A stretch of 64,000 bases of DNA from Patescibacteria group bacterium (lineage in GTDB: Bacteria; Patescibacteriota; Patescibacteriia; UBA1558; GWA2-36-10). The stretch lies in the NCBI GenBank assembly GCA_041665545.1, contig JBAYIQ010000001.1, positions 137,911 through 201,910 on the forward strand, in the 5' to 3' direction. The translations under genes were made by a program, and so were the position numbers. This document shows positions 44,901-55,453 of this stretch, piece by piece. Below the pieces are notes generated by a model. It did not search any database. It was not told the DNA's origin and saw only the letters and a list, made by a program, of their open reading frames with translations. How positions within the stretch are numbered: position 1 is the first letter of the stretch; every line of letters begins with the position of its first letter.

Positions 44901-47585
44901 TTATTTAGAGTGATGACGATTATGATAATGAATAAAGACCATTTTGATAAGCTCTAACAGAACAAACAATGCTACAGTCATCAAAATAATCGCCTGCCAA
45001 TGCCACCAATTCAATGGCACGGTCTTAATAAAATGATTTAAGAAAGGCACATAGACAGCCGCTATTTGTAATAGCACTCCTATCACTACGGCTAAGTTTA
45101 ATAAATGATTCTTAAAAGGATTGGATTTGAATATATTTTTTTCCAAATTTTTTATACTATAAATATACAGCAGAGTACTAATACCTAAAGAAGCAAAGGC
45201 AATGGTCCTAGCCAAAGCTAAATCACCTGTGCTTTTCCAAAAATAATAATACAAGCCCAAAGAGCCCAAAGTAGTCAGTACGCTAATTATAAATATTAAA
45301 AACTTGCCTTCAAAGTCGAGCAGCGAATTACCAGGACGCTCCCGATGCTCCATGATGTCTTTGTCTTCTGGCTCTTGAGTCAAAGCCAAACTAGGCAAAC
45401 CATCGGTAATCAAATTGATCCATAAAATATGCGTAGTCAAAATAGGCAAAGGATAACCCAGCAACATAGCCACGGCAATAATAGTTATTTCTGAAAAACT
45501 ATCGGACAAGAGATATAAAATTACTTTTTTCAAGTTAGCAAATATCAATCTCCCCTCTTTGATAGCCATGACAATGGTCCGAAAATTATTGTCCAACAAA
45601 ATCAAATCAGCCACTTCTTTGGCAATGTCTGATCCCGTGCTGACTGTCACTCCCACATCAGCGGCTTTGAGCGCTGGTGCATCATTGACACCATCGCCAG
45701 TCATGGCTACTACTTCTCCTCGCGCTTTCCAAGCTTGAATAATCCTTAATTTGTCTGATGGCGTAACTCGCGCATAAACTTTTATCTGTTCTACTCTGTC
45801 GTTGAGTTGTTTGTCGGACATTTTTATCAACTCATCACCAGTCACTACTTGATCGTTGTCTGTCGCCAGCTTTAAGCTTTGTGCAATATGAAAGGCCGTG
45901 AACTTACTATCGCCAGTAATCATAACAGTTTTGATGCCAGCTTTTTTGGTCTGTTCTAGGGTTTCCAACATTTCTGGTCGAAGAGGATCTGACAAACCCC
46001 ACAAGCCAACCATTACTAAATCTGTTAATTCTTTTTTAACACTAATATCTAAGGGATAATTTTTTGGCACTAGACGATAGGCGCCAGCCAAAACACGCAG
46101 CCCCCTCTTGGAAAGATGCTCTAATTCTTCGTGCCAAATTTTCTTACTACGTTCATCTTGTAATAAAACTTGGCCGTTATCGGTGTACTTAATACTATTA
46201 GGAATAATTATTTCTGGCGCTCCTTTGATATAGATAATATCTTTTTCAGCATCATGGGAATAACGTGTAACCATAAACTTATAACTAGAGTCAAAAGGTA
46301 TTTCTTCCAAACGAGCTTTTTTTTGTTGTAAATTATAATCGCCATAAGTCATGGCAAAAAACAACAGAGCTTTTTCAGTTGGCGTGCCAAAAATTTCCCA
46401 GCGCTTATCTGGATCATCGGGATTTTGGACAACAGCGTCATTACACAAAATAGCAATATCAATAAGCTGTGACATATCTTTGTCCCATTTTATTTCTCGT
46501 ATGGCTTGGGACTGAAAATCAATATGACGTTTGATAGTCAAAAGCTCGGTCACTCGCATCTCGCCTTCGGTCAAAGTACCGGTCTTGTCAGCACAAATTA
46601 CAGTCGTAGCTCCCAAAGTCTCGGCTGACACCAGCTGACGCACTAAGCCCTGTTTTTTCAAAATGCGTTGCATACCCACAGTCAGAATCACCGTCAAACT
46701 AATCAGCAAACCCTCGGGTATAGCAGATACGGCCAAAGCCACAGCTACGGTAAATATTTGCGCCCAATGATAGCCCTGCACCAGACCCAAAATCATGACT
46801 ACAAAAGCCACGCTGACAATAATAGTAGAAATTGTTTTGGCAAATTTGTCCAGCTTTATCTGTAGAGGTGTAAAATCGTTTTCCACTTCATTTAGCAATT
46901 TAGCAATTTTGCCCAACTCTGTTTGCAAACCAATGGCCATGACCACTCCTTCGCCTCGCCCCTCGGCTACCACTGTACCCATATAAGCCATATTCTGGCG
47001 CTCAGCCAAAACAGTGCCAATGGGCAAGGAGGTAACTATTTTTTTTATAGGCCAAGACTCACCAGTCAGAGCCGACTCGCTAATAGTTAAATTATTAACT
47101 TGTAATAATCTAAGGTCAGCTGGCACTTTATCACCAGCGCGTAAAATAACTATGTCACCCGGCACCAAAAACTTGGCGTCAATCATTTGTTGGTGATTAT
47201 CCCGCCGGACTATGGCTTGTTGCTTGATGACTTGGCTCAATTTGGCCAAAGAATTATTGGCCTTGTACTCTTGCAAAAATCCAATGACCACATTCAAAAC
47301 AACCGCCAAAATTATCACATAAGCATCAACTACTTCTTTGAATAAAAAACTAATCACCGCGCCAACTAACAAAACATAAACCAAAGCACTTTTGAATTGG
47401 GAAACAAATATTTTCCAAGCTGGCAAACTTTTCTTTTGAAGCAAAATATTATATCCGTAATTTTTGCTTCTTTTTTTTATTTCTTGGGCATCTAAGCCCC
47501 GAATATCTGAACTAAGCTCTTTTATAGCTTGATGCTCTTTAAGATGATGCCATTCAATTTGTTTTTTTGCCATTTTATTTATCAA
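44901..47585 (-). CDS. P2-type cation-transporting ATPase (Ca2+/Mg2+-type)
   Basis: 894 aa; [25 protein letters not shown], 10 TM. Confidence 0.85.
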   Translation of the reverse strand: MINKMAKKQIEWHHLKEHQAIKELSSDIRGLDAQEIKKRSKNYGYNILLQKKSLPAWKIFVSQFKSALVYVLLVGAVISFLFKEVVDAYVIILAVVLNVVIGFLQEYKANNSLAKLSQVIKQQAIVRRDNHQQMIDAKFLVPGDIVILRAGDKVPADLRLLQVNNLTISESALTGESWPIKKIVTSLPIGTVLAERQNMAYMGTVVAEGRGEGVVMAIGLQTELGKIAKLLNEVENDFTPLQIKLDKFAKTISTIIVSVAFVVMILGLVQGYHWAQIFTVAVALAVSAIPEGLLISLTVILTVGMQRILKKQGLVRQLVSAETLGATTVICADKTGTLTEGEMRVTELLTIKRHIDFQSQAIREIKWDKDMSQLIDIAILCNDAVVQNPDDPDKRWEIFGTPTEKALLFFAMTYGDYNLQQKKARLEEIPFDSSYKFMVTRYSHDAEKDIIYIKGAPEIIIPNSIKYTDNGQVLLQDERSKKIWHEELEHLSKRGLRVLAGAYRLVPKNYPLDISVKKELTDLVMVGLWGLSDPLRPEMLETLEQTKKAGIKTVMITGDSKFTAFHIAQSLKLATDNDQVVTGDELIKMSDKQLNDRVEQIKVYARVTPSDKLRIIQAWKARGEVVAMTGDGVNDAPALKAADVGVTVSTGSDIAKEVADLILLDNNFRTIVMAIKEGRLIFANLKKVILYLLSDSFSEITIIAVAMLLGYPLPILTTHILWINLITDGLPSLALTQEPEDKDIMEHRERPGNSLLDFEGKFLIFIISVLTTLGSLGLYYYFWKSTGDLALARTIAFASLGISTLLYIYSIKNLEKNIFKSNPFKNHLLNLAVVIGVLLQIAAVYVPFLNHFIKTVPLNWWHWQAIILMTVALFVLLELIKMVFIHYHNRHHSK

Positions 47586-47710
47586 AAATTTTCTAAAGTC
47601 CAGTATTTTACTGTTGTCTAGCTATTTATTATACCAAAAAAACCTGTTTTGAGCGAAAATTTTGCTCTCCTCTTGAAACTTGCCGGCTTTTTCAGTATTA
47701 TTAACTCACT

Positions 47711-49525
47711 ATGGATATACAAAAACAGCTAATTGACCAGCTGGCTAAGACCATTGGCACTATATTGGAGCAAGCTGTCACCAGCGACGATCTTAAATTA
47801 TCAACTCCGCCACAAGAAAATTTAGGCGACTATGCTTTGGCTTGTTTTGTCTTGGCCAAAAAGAATAATATTTCTGCTCCTGAGCTAGCTAAAAAACTAG
47901 CTATAGCTTGGCCAAAGAATAATTTGTTTGCCACAGCGCAAGCTATGGGGCCCTATCTTAATATCAAAATGGACGCCAACAATTTTAGCAAGTTGGCCCT
48001 TGACGAAATTTTGAGCAATAAAAAATTTGGGCAAAACAACTCTGGTAAAAATAAAAAAGTTCTAATAGAATTTTCTAGCCCCAACACCAATAAGCCCCAA
48101 CACATTGGTCATATACGCAATAATCTTTTGGGGCAAAGTTTAGTAAATATTTATAGGACTTGTGGTTATAAAGTGACTAGTATGGTCAACATGAATGACC
48201 GTGGTATTCATATTGTCAAAAGCATGTTGGCTTGGCAGGAATTCGGGCAAAACGAGACACCACAAAGTACTGGTATCAAGGGCGACCACTTGGTCGGCAA
48301 ATATTATGTAAAATTTAGCCAACTACTAAAAGAAGAGGAAAAAGTATACCTGCTCAAAAATAATATTGATTTATCAAAGATCAATGATTTGGCCAAAAGA
48401 AAAATCAATGATGATTTTTTAAAACAATCTATTTGGATGCAGAAAGCTCATAAAATGCTTATCCTATGGGAAAAAAATGACCCCCAAATAAAAAAACTTT
48501 GGCAGACCATGAACTCTTGGGTTTATGAGGGCTATAAAAAAACCTATGATGATTTAGGTGTAAAATTTGACCACACTGATTATGAAAGCGAAAATTATCT
48601 ATTAGGTAAAGATATTGTTGACTTTGGTTTAAAAAATAAAGTTTTTTATAAAAAAGAAGATGGCTCTGTCTGGATTGATCTGACTAAAGAGGGCTTAGAT
48701 GAAAAGATAGTCTTGCGTAGTGATGGCACCTCTGTTTATATGACTCAAGACATGGGCACAGCTAAACGACGCTATGATAAGTTCAAATTTGACCAAGCAA
48801 TTTATGTAGTAGCTTCCGAGCAAGACTACCATTTTAAAGTATTATTTTTGATCTTAGCCAAACTTGGTTTTGCTTGGGCCAAAAACTTATATCATTTATC
48901 TTATGGCATGATTTCTACGCCTGACGGTAAAATAAAATCTCGCGAAGGCAAAACTGCTGATGCTGACGCTATTATTGAGGAGACAATCGCCCGTTCCAAA
49001 ACCATGATGGCTCAAGCCGAAAAAAAGAACCTAAAACAAAATGATCAGGAAGCTATTGCCAAAGACGTAGCTATGGCGGCTATCAAATTCTGCATGCTTG
49101 GTACCAATCCGCAAAAAAATATTGTTTATGATGCCCAAAGCTCTATCACGCTTGATGGCTACACTGGACCATTTGTCCAATATACTCATGCTCGTATTTC
49201 TAGCATCCTAAACAAAGCTGAAAAAGTAAAAAAAATTAACTGGTCTACCTTACAAATAAACGCCGAGGAAATAAAATTAATCAAACAATTGGTACTTTAT
49301 CCGGAAATCATCAAACAAGCCGCTCTAGAATATAATCCAGCCGTACTGACTCACTATCTTTTTGACTTGGCTAAAATATTTAATAATTTTTATCAGCAAC
49401 ACTCAGTATTATCAGCTGACAATGAAGCTCAGAAAAATTTTAGATTAAATATTTGCCTGAGTTGCCGACAAATCATAGCCGCTGGTTTGGAAATTTGCGG
49501 TATCAAGGCCCCAAAAATAATGTAG
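47711..49525 (+). CDS. argS: arginyl-tRNA synthetase
   Basis: class I HIGH motif (PQHIGHIRNNLLG), C-terminal DALR-like anticodon-binding region, about 600 aa. Confidence 0.8.
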   Translation: MDIQKQLIDQLAKTIGTILEQAVTSDDLKLSTPPQENLGDYALACFVLAKKNNISAPELAKKLAIAWPKNNLFATAQAMGPYLNIKMDANNFSKLALDEILSNKKFGQNNSGKNKKVLIEFSSPNTNKPQHIGHIRNNLLGQSLVNIYRTCGYKVTSMVNMNDRGIHIVKSMLAWQEFGQNETPQSTGIKGDHLVGKYYVKFSQLLKEEEKVYLLKNNIDLSKINDLAKRKINDDFLKQSIWMQKAHKMLILWEKNDPQIKKLWQTMNSWVYEGYKKTYDDLGVKFDHTDYESENYLLGKDIVDFGLKNKVFYKKEDGSVWIDLTKEGLDEKIVLRSDGTSVYMTQDMGTAKRRYDKFKFDQAIYVVASEQDYHFKVLFLILAKLGFAWAKNLYHLSYGMISTPDGKIKSREGKTADADAIIEETIARSKTMMAQAEKKNLKQNDQEAIAKDVAMAAIKFCMLGTNPQKNIVYDAQSSITLDGYTGPFVQYTHARISSILNKAEKVKKINWSTLQINAEEIKLIKQLVLYPEIIKQAALEYNPAVLTHYLFDLAKIFNNFYQQHSVLSADNEAQKNFRLNICLSCRQIIAAGLEICGIKAPKIM

Positions 49526-49562
49526 TTAATTATTAATTTTTAAAAAGAAAGTTTTACAAAAA

Positions 49563-50735
49563 ATGGACAAAAAATTATACAAGTATTGGAGCGAGGAAGA
49601 ATTTAAAAAAGCCAAGGACTTTGCCGCCAACAAGCAAACTCCTTTTTTATTAATTGATCCTAAGCGCGTTGCTAAAAAATACAAAAGTTTAAAGGCCAAC
49701 CTACCCTTGGCCAAAATATACTACGCCATGAAGGCCAACCCGCACGATGAAATCATCAGGACTTTGGCTGACTTGGGCTCAAATTTTGATGTGGCTTCTA
49801 TTTTTGAAATACAAAACTTGATGGACTTGGGTATTGCTGGCGACCGCATGAGCTTTGGCAATCCAGCCAAAAAAGAATCAGATATTATATTTGCCTACCA
49901 ACATGGCATCAGGATATTTGTCACTGATTCCATGGATGATGTGCACAAATTAGCCAAAAATGCTCCTGGCGCCAAAGTTTTTTTCCGCTTACTATTTGAA
50001 GGCAATGGCGCTGTCTGGCCATTATCCAAAAAATTTGGTGCTCATCCTGATATGTTGTACAAACTTATCTTGGAAGCCAAAAATCTAGGTCTAGAGCCCT
50101 GTGGCATTTCCTTTCATGTTGGCTCCCAACAAAAAGATATTGGTCAATGGGATCACGCTCTTTCTTTGTGCAAATACATGTTTGACACTATGAAATCCGA
50201 GGGCTTGGAGCTCAAAGCTATCAACTTGGGTGGTGGCCTACCAACCAAATATGTCGGACCAATACCCAGTCTAAAAAAATACACTGACGTTATCAACCGT
50301 TTGCTTAGTGAAAATTTTGGCGACAATATGCCAGAAATAATGATTGAACCCGGCAGATATATTGCTGGCGACTGCGGTATGATCATCAGTGAAATAATTT
50401 TGATTTCCAAAAAATCCGAGACCTCTGAACATCGCTGGGTTTATATTGATGTCGGAAACTTTACTGGCTTGTGTGAAACCGAAGAAGTGATTTTTCCGAT
50501 CTACGCTGACCCAGAAATTTATCTTCCAGGACAAACCTCGGAAAGCGAAGTAATATTGGCTGGACCAACTTGCGATTCCTCGGATATTATTTACCAAAAC
50601 TACAAGCATAAATTGCCCGATGATCTCAAAGAGGGTGATCGACTGTATGTCATGAGCACTGGCGCTTACACCTATGCTTACAGCGCTGTTTGTTTCAATG
50701 GCTTTCCAGTTTTGAAAACTTATATCCTAAGATAA
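49563..50735 (+). CDS. fold-III PLP decarboxylase (ornithine/lysine/arginine decarboxylase family)
   Basis: YAMKANPHDEIIRTLADLGSNFDVAS (YAxKAN PLP-Lys motif), GGG loop, CDSSD. Confidence 0.8.
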   Translation: MDKKLYKYWSEEEFKKAKDFAANKQTPFLLIDPKRVAKKYKSLKANLPLAKIYYAMKANPHDEIIRTLADLGSNFDVASIFEIQNLMDLGIAGDRMSFGNPAKKESDIIFAYQHGIRIFVTDSMDDVHKLAKNAPGAKVFFRLLFEGNGAVWPLSKKFGAHPDMLYKLILEAKNLGLEPCGISFHVGSQQKDIGQWDHALSLCKYMFDTMKSEGLELKAINLGGGLPTKYVGPIPSLKKYTDVINRLLSENFGDNMPEIMIEPGRYIAGDCGMIISEIILISKKSETSEHRWVYIDVGNFTGLCETEEVIFPIYADPEIYLPGQTSESEVILAGPTCDSSDIIYQNYKHKLPDDLKEGDRLYVMSTGAYTYAYSAVCFNGFPVLKTYILR

Positions 50736-50836
50736 ACAAAAAAACGCCCTGCAATTTCTGTGGGGTGTTTTTTATTTTAAACAAAATTAAGAACGCGTCC
50801 CCGAAGAAACGCGTTCTGGAAAGAACAGGCCTACTT

Positions 50837-51253
50837 TCACTTGCTCACACTGGGAAAATGCGGGTCACGGTACTCGTCATTGTCGTCTTTGACAACGAAA
50901 GGAGAAACATCCTCCAAGCGCAACTCGGTGGTGCAGATGAAGGGTGACGACTCGACGACACGCGGTGGTTGAAACAGATTGGCCTCAGGAGTCAGCTTAG
51001 AGGCCAAAAAGTCCCGAATCCTCCTATGCCAGAGCAAGCCCAATGGCTTCTTGTTCTTCCTTTGCCAGACCAACTCCAAGCGCCAAGGCCTTTCCTCAGC
51101 CGTGATCGACACCTCCAAGCCACGATGGCTGATGTACTTCATAATCTCCGGCAACAGTAGCCCAAGCTGCTGACCCAGATGCCTCCTGACAGCCAAGGTG
51201 TTGACATGACGACCGTTAGCGAACTTAATGTCAGCTCTTTTCTTACCGACCAT
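50837..51253 (-). CDS. GC-rich hypothetical protein (cassette D), 138 aa
   Basis: AAGGAGGAA SD before ATG; promoter TTGACA-17-TATGTT at 51303-51331 (minus); GC-rich. Confidence 0.5.
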   Translation of the reverse strand: MVGKKRADIKFANGRHVNTLAVRRHLGQQLGLLLPEIMKYISHRGLEVSITAEERPWRLELVWQRKNKKPLGLLWHRRIRDFLASKLTPEANLFQPPRVVESSPFICTTELRLEDVSPFVVKDDNDEYRDPHFPSVSK

Positions 51254-51339
51254 GAGCTATTCCTCCTTGAAGGTTCAAGTGCCCCAAAAAATGGGAATAT
51301 GATAACATATAATATTTATCCCCTCTTGTCAATGGCAAA

Positions 51340-51372
51340 ACAAAAAAACAACCCAGTGGGTTGATTATTAAT
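51340..51372 (-). terminator. terminator of tRNA-Lys/structured-element transcript
   Basis: caacccactgggttg + T7 on minus strand. Confidence 0.55.
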
Positions 51373-51382
51373 AATGCATGCT

Positions 51383-51507
51383 CTCGTGTCCCTCGACTCA
51401 CTCCGTTCGCTCGGGACACTCGATTCGCAGGAATGAGAATGGTCGGAGGTGCGATAAAGCACCGTAGACCACGAGTGAGTCTTTTGCAAAGCAAAAGGCG
51501 AATCGAG
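51383..51507 (-). repeat. tRNA-3'-adjacent structured element, copy 3 (immediately follows CCA of tRNA-Lys)
   Basis: about 88% identical to copy 1 over first 70 nt; compensatory changes in hairpins (GGTGC-TTTATC-GCACC vs GGTGCT-TATC-AGCACC). Confidence 0.7.
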
Positions 51508-51584
51508 TGGTGCGCCCAGTAGGATTCGAACCTACGACCGTTTGCTTAAAAGGCAACTGCTCTACCAGGCTGAGCTATAGGCGC
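51508..51584 (-). tRNA. tRNA-Lys (anticodon TTT)
   Basis: GCGCCTA acceptor, anticodon loop CTTTTAA, T-loop GGTTCGAATCC, CCA encoded. Confidence 0.85.
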
Positions 51585-51666
51585 ATAAATATAAAAATAC
51601 GCAAATTATTATAGATTAATTATTGGGTATTGTCAATTTTGCTTTAATACACCTTTAGCGCTGTTA

Positions 51667-51695
51667 TTGACAAAAATAAATAAATATGATATAGT
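51667..51695 (+). promoter_or_regulatory. promoter TTGACA-17-TATAGT for DHH phosphoesterase cassette
   Basis: ttgacaaaaataaataaatatgatatagt. Confidence 0.5.
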
Positions 51696-51718
51696 AACGA
51701 ACTTGTTCTTTATAAACT

Positions 51719-51771
51719 CCTAATCAGAATTTTGTCCAGCAAATTGCCTGATAAAGCTCTGATTAGGAAAC
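51719..51771 (+). promoter_or_regulatory. 5'-UTR stem-loop (11-bp stem TCCTAATCAGA/TCTGATTAGGA with 29-nt loop)
   Basis: perfect inverted repeat between promoter and SD of DHH gene. Confidence 0.4.
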
Positions 51772-51800
51772 TATCACTTCTCTGAACTGGAGGACTTACC

Positions 51801-52700
51801 ATGGATTACCCGCGGAACTCGGTCTGCATCTATCACAGTGCGGACAATGACGGCGCTTGCAGTGCGGCCATCGCCAAGTTGGCGGCTCGTGTCAGACTGA
51901 TCCCCTGGAATTATGGACACCCCATACCCTGGGAGAGAATACCCGTCGGCGCTACGATCTTTGTGGTCGATCTGCTGCTCACCAGCCAGAACGACAACAG
52001 TGGTTTCCAGGACATGGAGCGCCTGCGCAAGATCGGTAAGCTCGTCTGGATTGACCATCACGACAAGGCCATCAACGACGCCAAAGTGTTGGGTTTGGCC
52101 TATGATGGCATCCAGCGAGTTGGTCAGGGCGCTTGCGCTTTGACCTGGGAATATTTCTTCCCCAACAAGCCCATGCCCGAAGCAGTCCGGCTGATCAGTA
52201 ACTTCGATGTCTTTGACCATAGGGAGGTAAAGACAGTCCATTTCCAGTACGGCTTGCGTGCTTGCAATGCCAAGCCCTGGATGGACATTTGGAAAGATCT
52301 TCTTAAGCCACCCTTCCAAAGCGATGCTCTGGTCAACCAGCTGGTCAGTGATGGTATCCCCATCACCAAGTACCTGACCTTGGAATTCGCCCGCTACATG
52401 CGAGTCTGTGGCTTCGAGACTATTCTCGACGGGCACCGTGCCATTGCGGTGAATCGTGCTCTGGTCAACAGCCAGATCTTCGAATCTGTACACAACCTCG
52501 AAGACTATCCGTTGCAGATGTACTTTTACTGGAGCTCTGACGGCTCATGGAAGGTGAGCATGCGTTCGCCCGACGGTCGCGTGAACTGTGCAGAACTCGC
52601 AGCCAAGTACGGTGGTGGCGGACACAGCCGAGCAGCCAGTTTCGTGTGCCAGGAACTGCGCTTTGAACTCAAAGGGCGACCTGACGCCGATCCTGACTGA
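51801..52700 (+). CDS. DHH/DHHA1 phosphoesterase (NrnA/DhhP-like nanoRNase or cyclic-dinucleotide phosphodiesterase), GC-rich cassette E
   Basis: motif I HSADNDGA, motif III WIDHHDKA, DHHA1 GGGGHSRAAS; GC-rich; TGGAGGA SD. Confidence 0.7.
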   Translation: MDYPRNSVCIYHSADNDGACSAAIAKLAARVRLIPWNYGHPIPWERIPVGATIFVVDLLLTSQNDNSGFQDMERLRKIGKLVWIDHHDKAINDAKVLGLAYDGIQRVGQGACALTWEYFFPNKPMPEAVRLISNFDVFDHREVKTVHFQYGLRACNAKPWMDIWKDLLKPPFQSDALVNQLVSDGIPITKYLTLEFARYMRVCGFETILDGHRAIAVNRALVNSQIFESVHNLEDYPLQMYFYWSSDGSWKVSMRSPDGRVNCAELAAKYGGGGHSRAASFVCQELRFELKGRPDADPD

Positions 52701-52711
52701 GTAACGAGAAG

Positions 52712-52745
52712 TTGATCCTGACCCCGGCTAGTGGCAACACTGGTC
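52712..52745 (+). terminator. GC hairpin terminator (GACCCCGG...CCGGGGTC)
   Basis: inverted repeat after DHH gene stop. Confidence 0.45.
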
Positions 52746-52855
52746 GGGGTCTTAAATTTGTTTATAATTTATAAATATTGGGTATAAATTGTATATAAAC
52801 CCGGCTTGAAAAAAGCCGGGAAATGGGTTAAGCTAATCCTACATTAAGCAAACCC

Positions 52856-54301
52856 ATGCTAAAAATACCTCCGCAAAACATAGAGGCTGAAGCCAGTATT
52901 TTAGGCGCTTTATTGATAGACAAAGAAGCCATCATCAAAGTAGCCGATGTTTTACGTTCTGATGATTTTTATAAAGACAGCCATGGCTTGATTTACCAAG
53001 CCATTCTTGATTTGTTTGAAAAGCATGAGCCAATTGATATTTTATCAATGGCCAATCGCTTGAGCGAAAAAAAACAACTGGAAGCAATTGGTGGCAAATC
53101 ATACTTAGCCGAACTGACAGCGTCTGTACCCAATGCTTCACATGTGGCCAACTATGCCAGCATTATCCGTAAAAAAGCCACCTTGCGCAAACTAGAACAA
53201 GCGGCCTCAGAAATCAGCGAATTTAGTTTTTCGGAAGATCAGGATGTGGAAAAATTATTGGATCGTGCTGAACAAAAACTTTTTGCTATTTCCCAGTCTT
53301 CGCTGAAAAGAAACTTTATACCCATCAAAAATGTTTTAAATGATGCCTTTGCTCGTATTGATGAATTACACAAAACTGGTGGCCAAGGCACCAGAGGCAT
53401 ACCTACTGGCTATACTGGTCTAGACAAAATCCTATCCGGTTTACAAAAATCCGATCTCATCATTTTGGCCGCTCGCCCATCTTTGGGCAAAACCACTTTG
53501 GCTTTGGACTTAGTGCGTCATGTGGCTATTCGTGCCAAAGTACCGGTCGGCATCTTTTCTTTGGAAATGTCCAAAGAACAATTGGTTGACAAACTGCTAG
53601 CGGCCGAGGCGCAAGTAGATCTGTGGCGCATGCGCACTGGCAAATTATCCGATCGTGAGGAAGATGATGATTTTCCCCGCATTGGCAAAGCCATGGGTGT
53701 GCTATCTGAAGCACCAATTTTTATTGACGACTCTCCTAACATCAGCATCATGGAAATCCGCACCAAAGCTCGTCGCCTCAAAATGGAACATAATTTGGGC
53801 TTTTTGGTAGTTGACTATTTACAACTCATGGACTCTGGTGGTCGCCAAGAAAACCGCGTCCAAGAAATATCAGAAATATCTAGAGCTTTAAAACAAATTG
53901 CCAGAGAGCTTGATATACCGGTCATGGCGCTATCTCAATTATCCAGAGCCGTGGAAAGCCGCTCGCCAGCCATACCAAAATTGGCTGACTTGAGAGAATC
54001 TGGCTCCATTGAACAAGATGCTGATATTGTTATGTTTATTTATCGCCGAGCCAAAGACAAAAGTCGCGGTGAGTGCCCTGAAGAAGAAAAATTTGTAGCC
54101 GAAATTCACATTGATAAACACCGCAATGGCCCGACTGGCTTGACCCGCTTATTCTTTGACGAAAACAAAGTAACCTTCAAAAACTTGGACACTGACAAAT
54201 CAGAAATACAAGATCAGACCGGCTCCGGCCAAGGCAATATCCAAGAGCCAATATCCAGCGAAGAATTCCCCGTGGCTGGCGGCTGGCAAAATATACCCTA
54301 A
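52856..54301 (+). CDS. dnaB: replicative DNA helicase DnaB
   Basis: N-terminal PPQNIEAEASILGALL; Walker A ARPSLGKTT; RecA-like C-terminal domain. Confidence 0.9.
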   Translation: MLKIPPQNIEAEASILGALLIDKEAIIKVADVLRSDDFYKDSHGLIYQAILDLFEKHEPIDILSMANRLSEKKQLEAIGGKSYLAELTASVPNASHVANYASIIRKKATLRKLEQAASEISEFSFSEDQDVEKLLDRAEQKLFAISQSSLKRNFIPIKNVLNDAFARIDELHKTGGQGTRGIPTGYTGLDKILSGLQKSDLIILAARPSLGKTTLALDLVRHVAIRAKVPVGIFSLEMSKEQLVDKLLAAEAQVDLWRMRTGKLSDREEDDDFPRIGKAMGVLSEAPIFIDDSPNISIMEIRTKARRLKMEHNLGFLVVDYLQLMDSGGRQENRVQEISEISRALKQIARELDIPVMALSQLSRAVESRSPAIPKLADLRESGSIEQDADIVMFIYRRAKDKSRGECPEEEKFVAEIHIDKHRNGPTGLTRLFFDENKVTFKNLDTDKSEIQDQTGSGQGNIQEPISSEEFPVAGGWQNIP

Positions 54302-54459
54302 TTAGTAAAAAGTATCGCCCACAGGGCGATAAAGTTTCAAGGTTAGAAAGTAAAAACATCCCTTAAATAAAAACTGATCCTTGAAACTTCAAACAAACAC
54401 ATATATAATACGGCTGTAACTTTTAAACTTTCGACTTTAATAACTTTTAACTAAATTTT

Positions 54460-54753
54460 ATGTTTAATAAACTAAAACAATTCAACGATTTGAGAAAACA
54501 AGCTGGCGTTCTAAAAAATGCCTTGGCTGGAGAAATTGTTGAAGTAGAAAATAAAGCTGTTAAAATAACTATGGATGGCAACCAAGAAATAAAAAGCTTG
54601 GAAATAAAACCAGAATTCATGCACACTGAAAAGAAAACTGAGCTAGAACAAGAGCTTAAAAATGCTTTTGCAGAAAGCATCAAAAAAGTCCAACGCAAAA
54701 TGGCCATGAAAATGCAATCTATGGGTGGTTTTGACATGCCGGGATTAAAATAA
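54460..54753 (+). CDS. ybaB: nucleoid-associated protein YbaB/EbfC
   Basis: 97 aa; typical YbaB length and MxxxxxQAQ..ELE pattern; precedes recR as in many bacteria. Confidence 0.75.
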   Translation: MFNKLKQFNDLRKQAGVLKNALAGEIVEVENKAVKITMDGNQEIKSLEIKPEFMHTEKKTELEQELKNAFAESIKKVQRKMAMKMQSMGGFDMPGLK

Positions 54754-54834
54754 TGCGCCCCGTTAAAAATTCACGAAAAAAACTATTTTTTATTTACGAA
54801 ATCTGCACTAGCTAAATACATAAATTTTTAACGA

Positions 54835-55426
54835 GGTGAAACATCTACCAGATTTTATCCAAAAATTAATCAATGAATTTGATAAACTGCCGGGCATTGG
54901 GCCAAAAACATCCACTCGGTTGGTTTTTGATTTACTGCATCGTCGCGAGGACATCCAGGAATTTGCCAAAAGTTTGAACGAGGCCTATGAAAAAGTTCAT
55001 TTCTGTCCCCAGTGCTTCAATCTGACAGATACGGGACTCTGCAATATCTGTCGTGATCCCCAGCGGGACCAAAGTATTATTTGCGTTATTGCTCACAACC
55101 AAGATATTGAAGCTATTGAAAGAACCAATGAATTCACTGGCACCTACCATTTGCTTAATGGACTCTTGGGACCACTAGAAGGCATCACGCCTGATAAACT
55201 AAAAATTAAAGAACTGCTCGAGAGAGTCAAAAAAAATAACATCAAAGAAATTATTCTGGCGCTTGACCAAAGTATGGAAGGCGGAGCCACCACTATGTAT
55301 CTTTTGAAAATTCTGGCTGACAAAAATGTTGTGGTCAGTCAGCTAGCCCGTGGCATACCCATGGGCGCCAATATAGAATACACGGACGAAGTCACACTGT
55401 CTTCGGCCTTAAAAAATAGAAAATAA
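54835..55426 (+). CDS. recR: recombination protein RecR (GTG start)
   Basis: HhH LPGIGPKTS, C4 zinc finger CPQC..CNIC, Toprim domain. Confidence 0.85.
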
Positions 55427-55428
55427 AA

Positions 55429-55452
55429 TACCCCGCAGCTAGCGGGGATTTT
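55429..55452. terminator. bidirectional terminator CCCCGCagctaGCGGGG
   Basis: between converging recR and rplU. Confidence 0.55.
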
Positions 55453-55453
55453 T

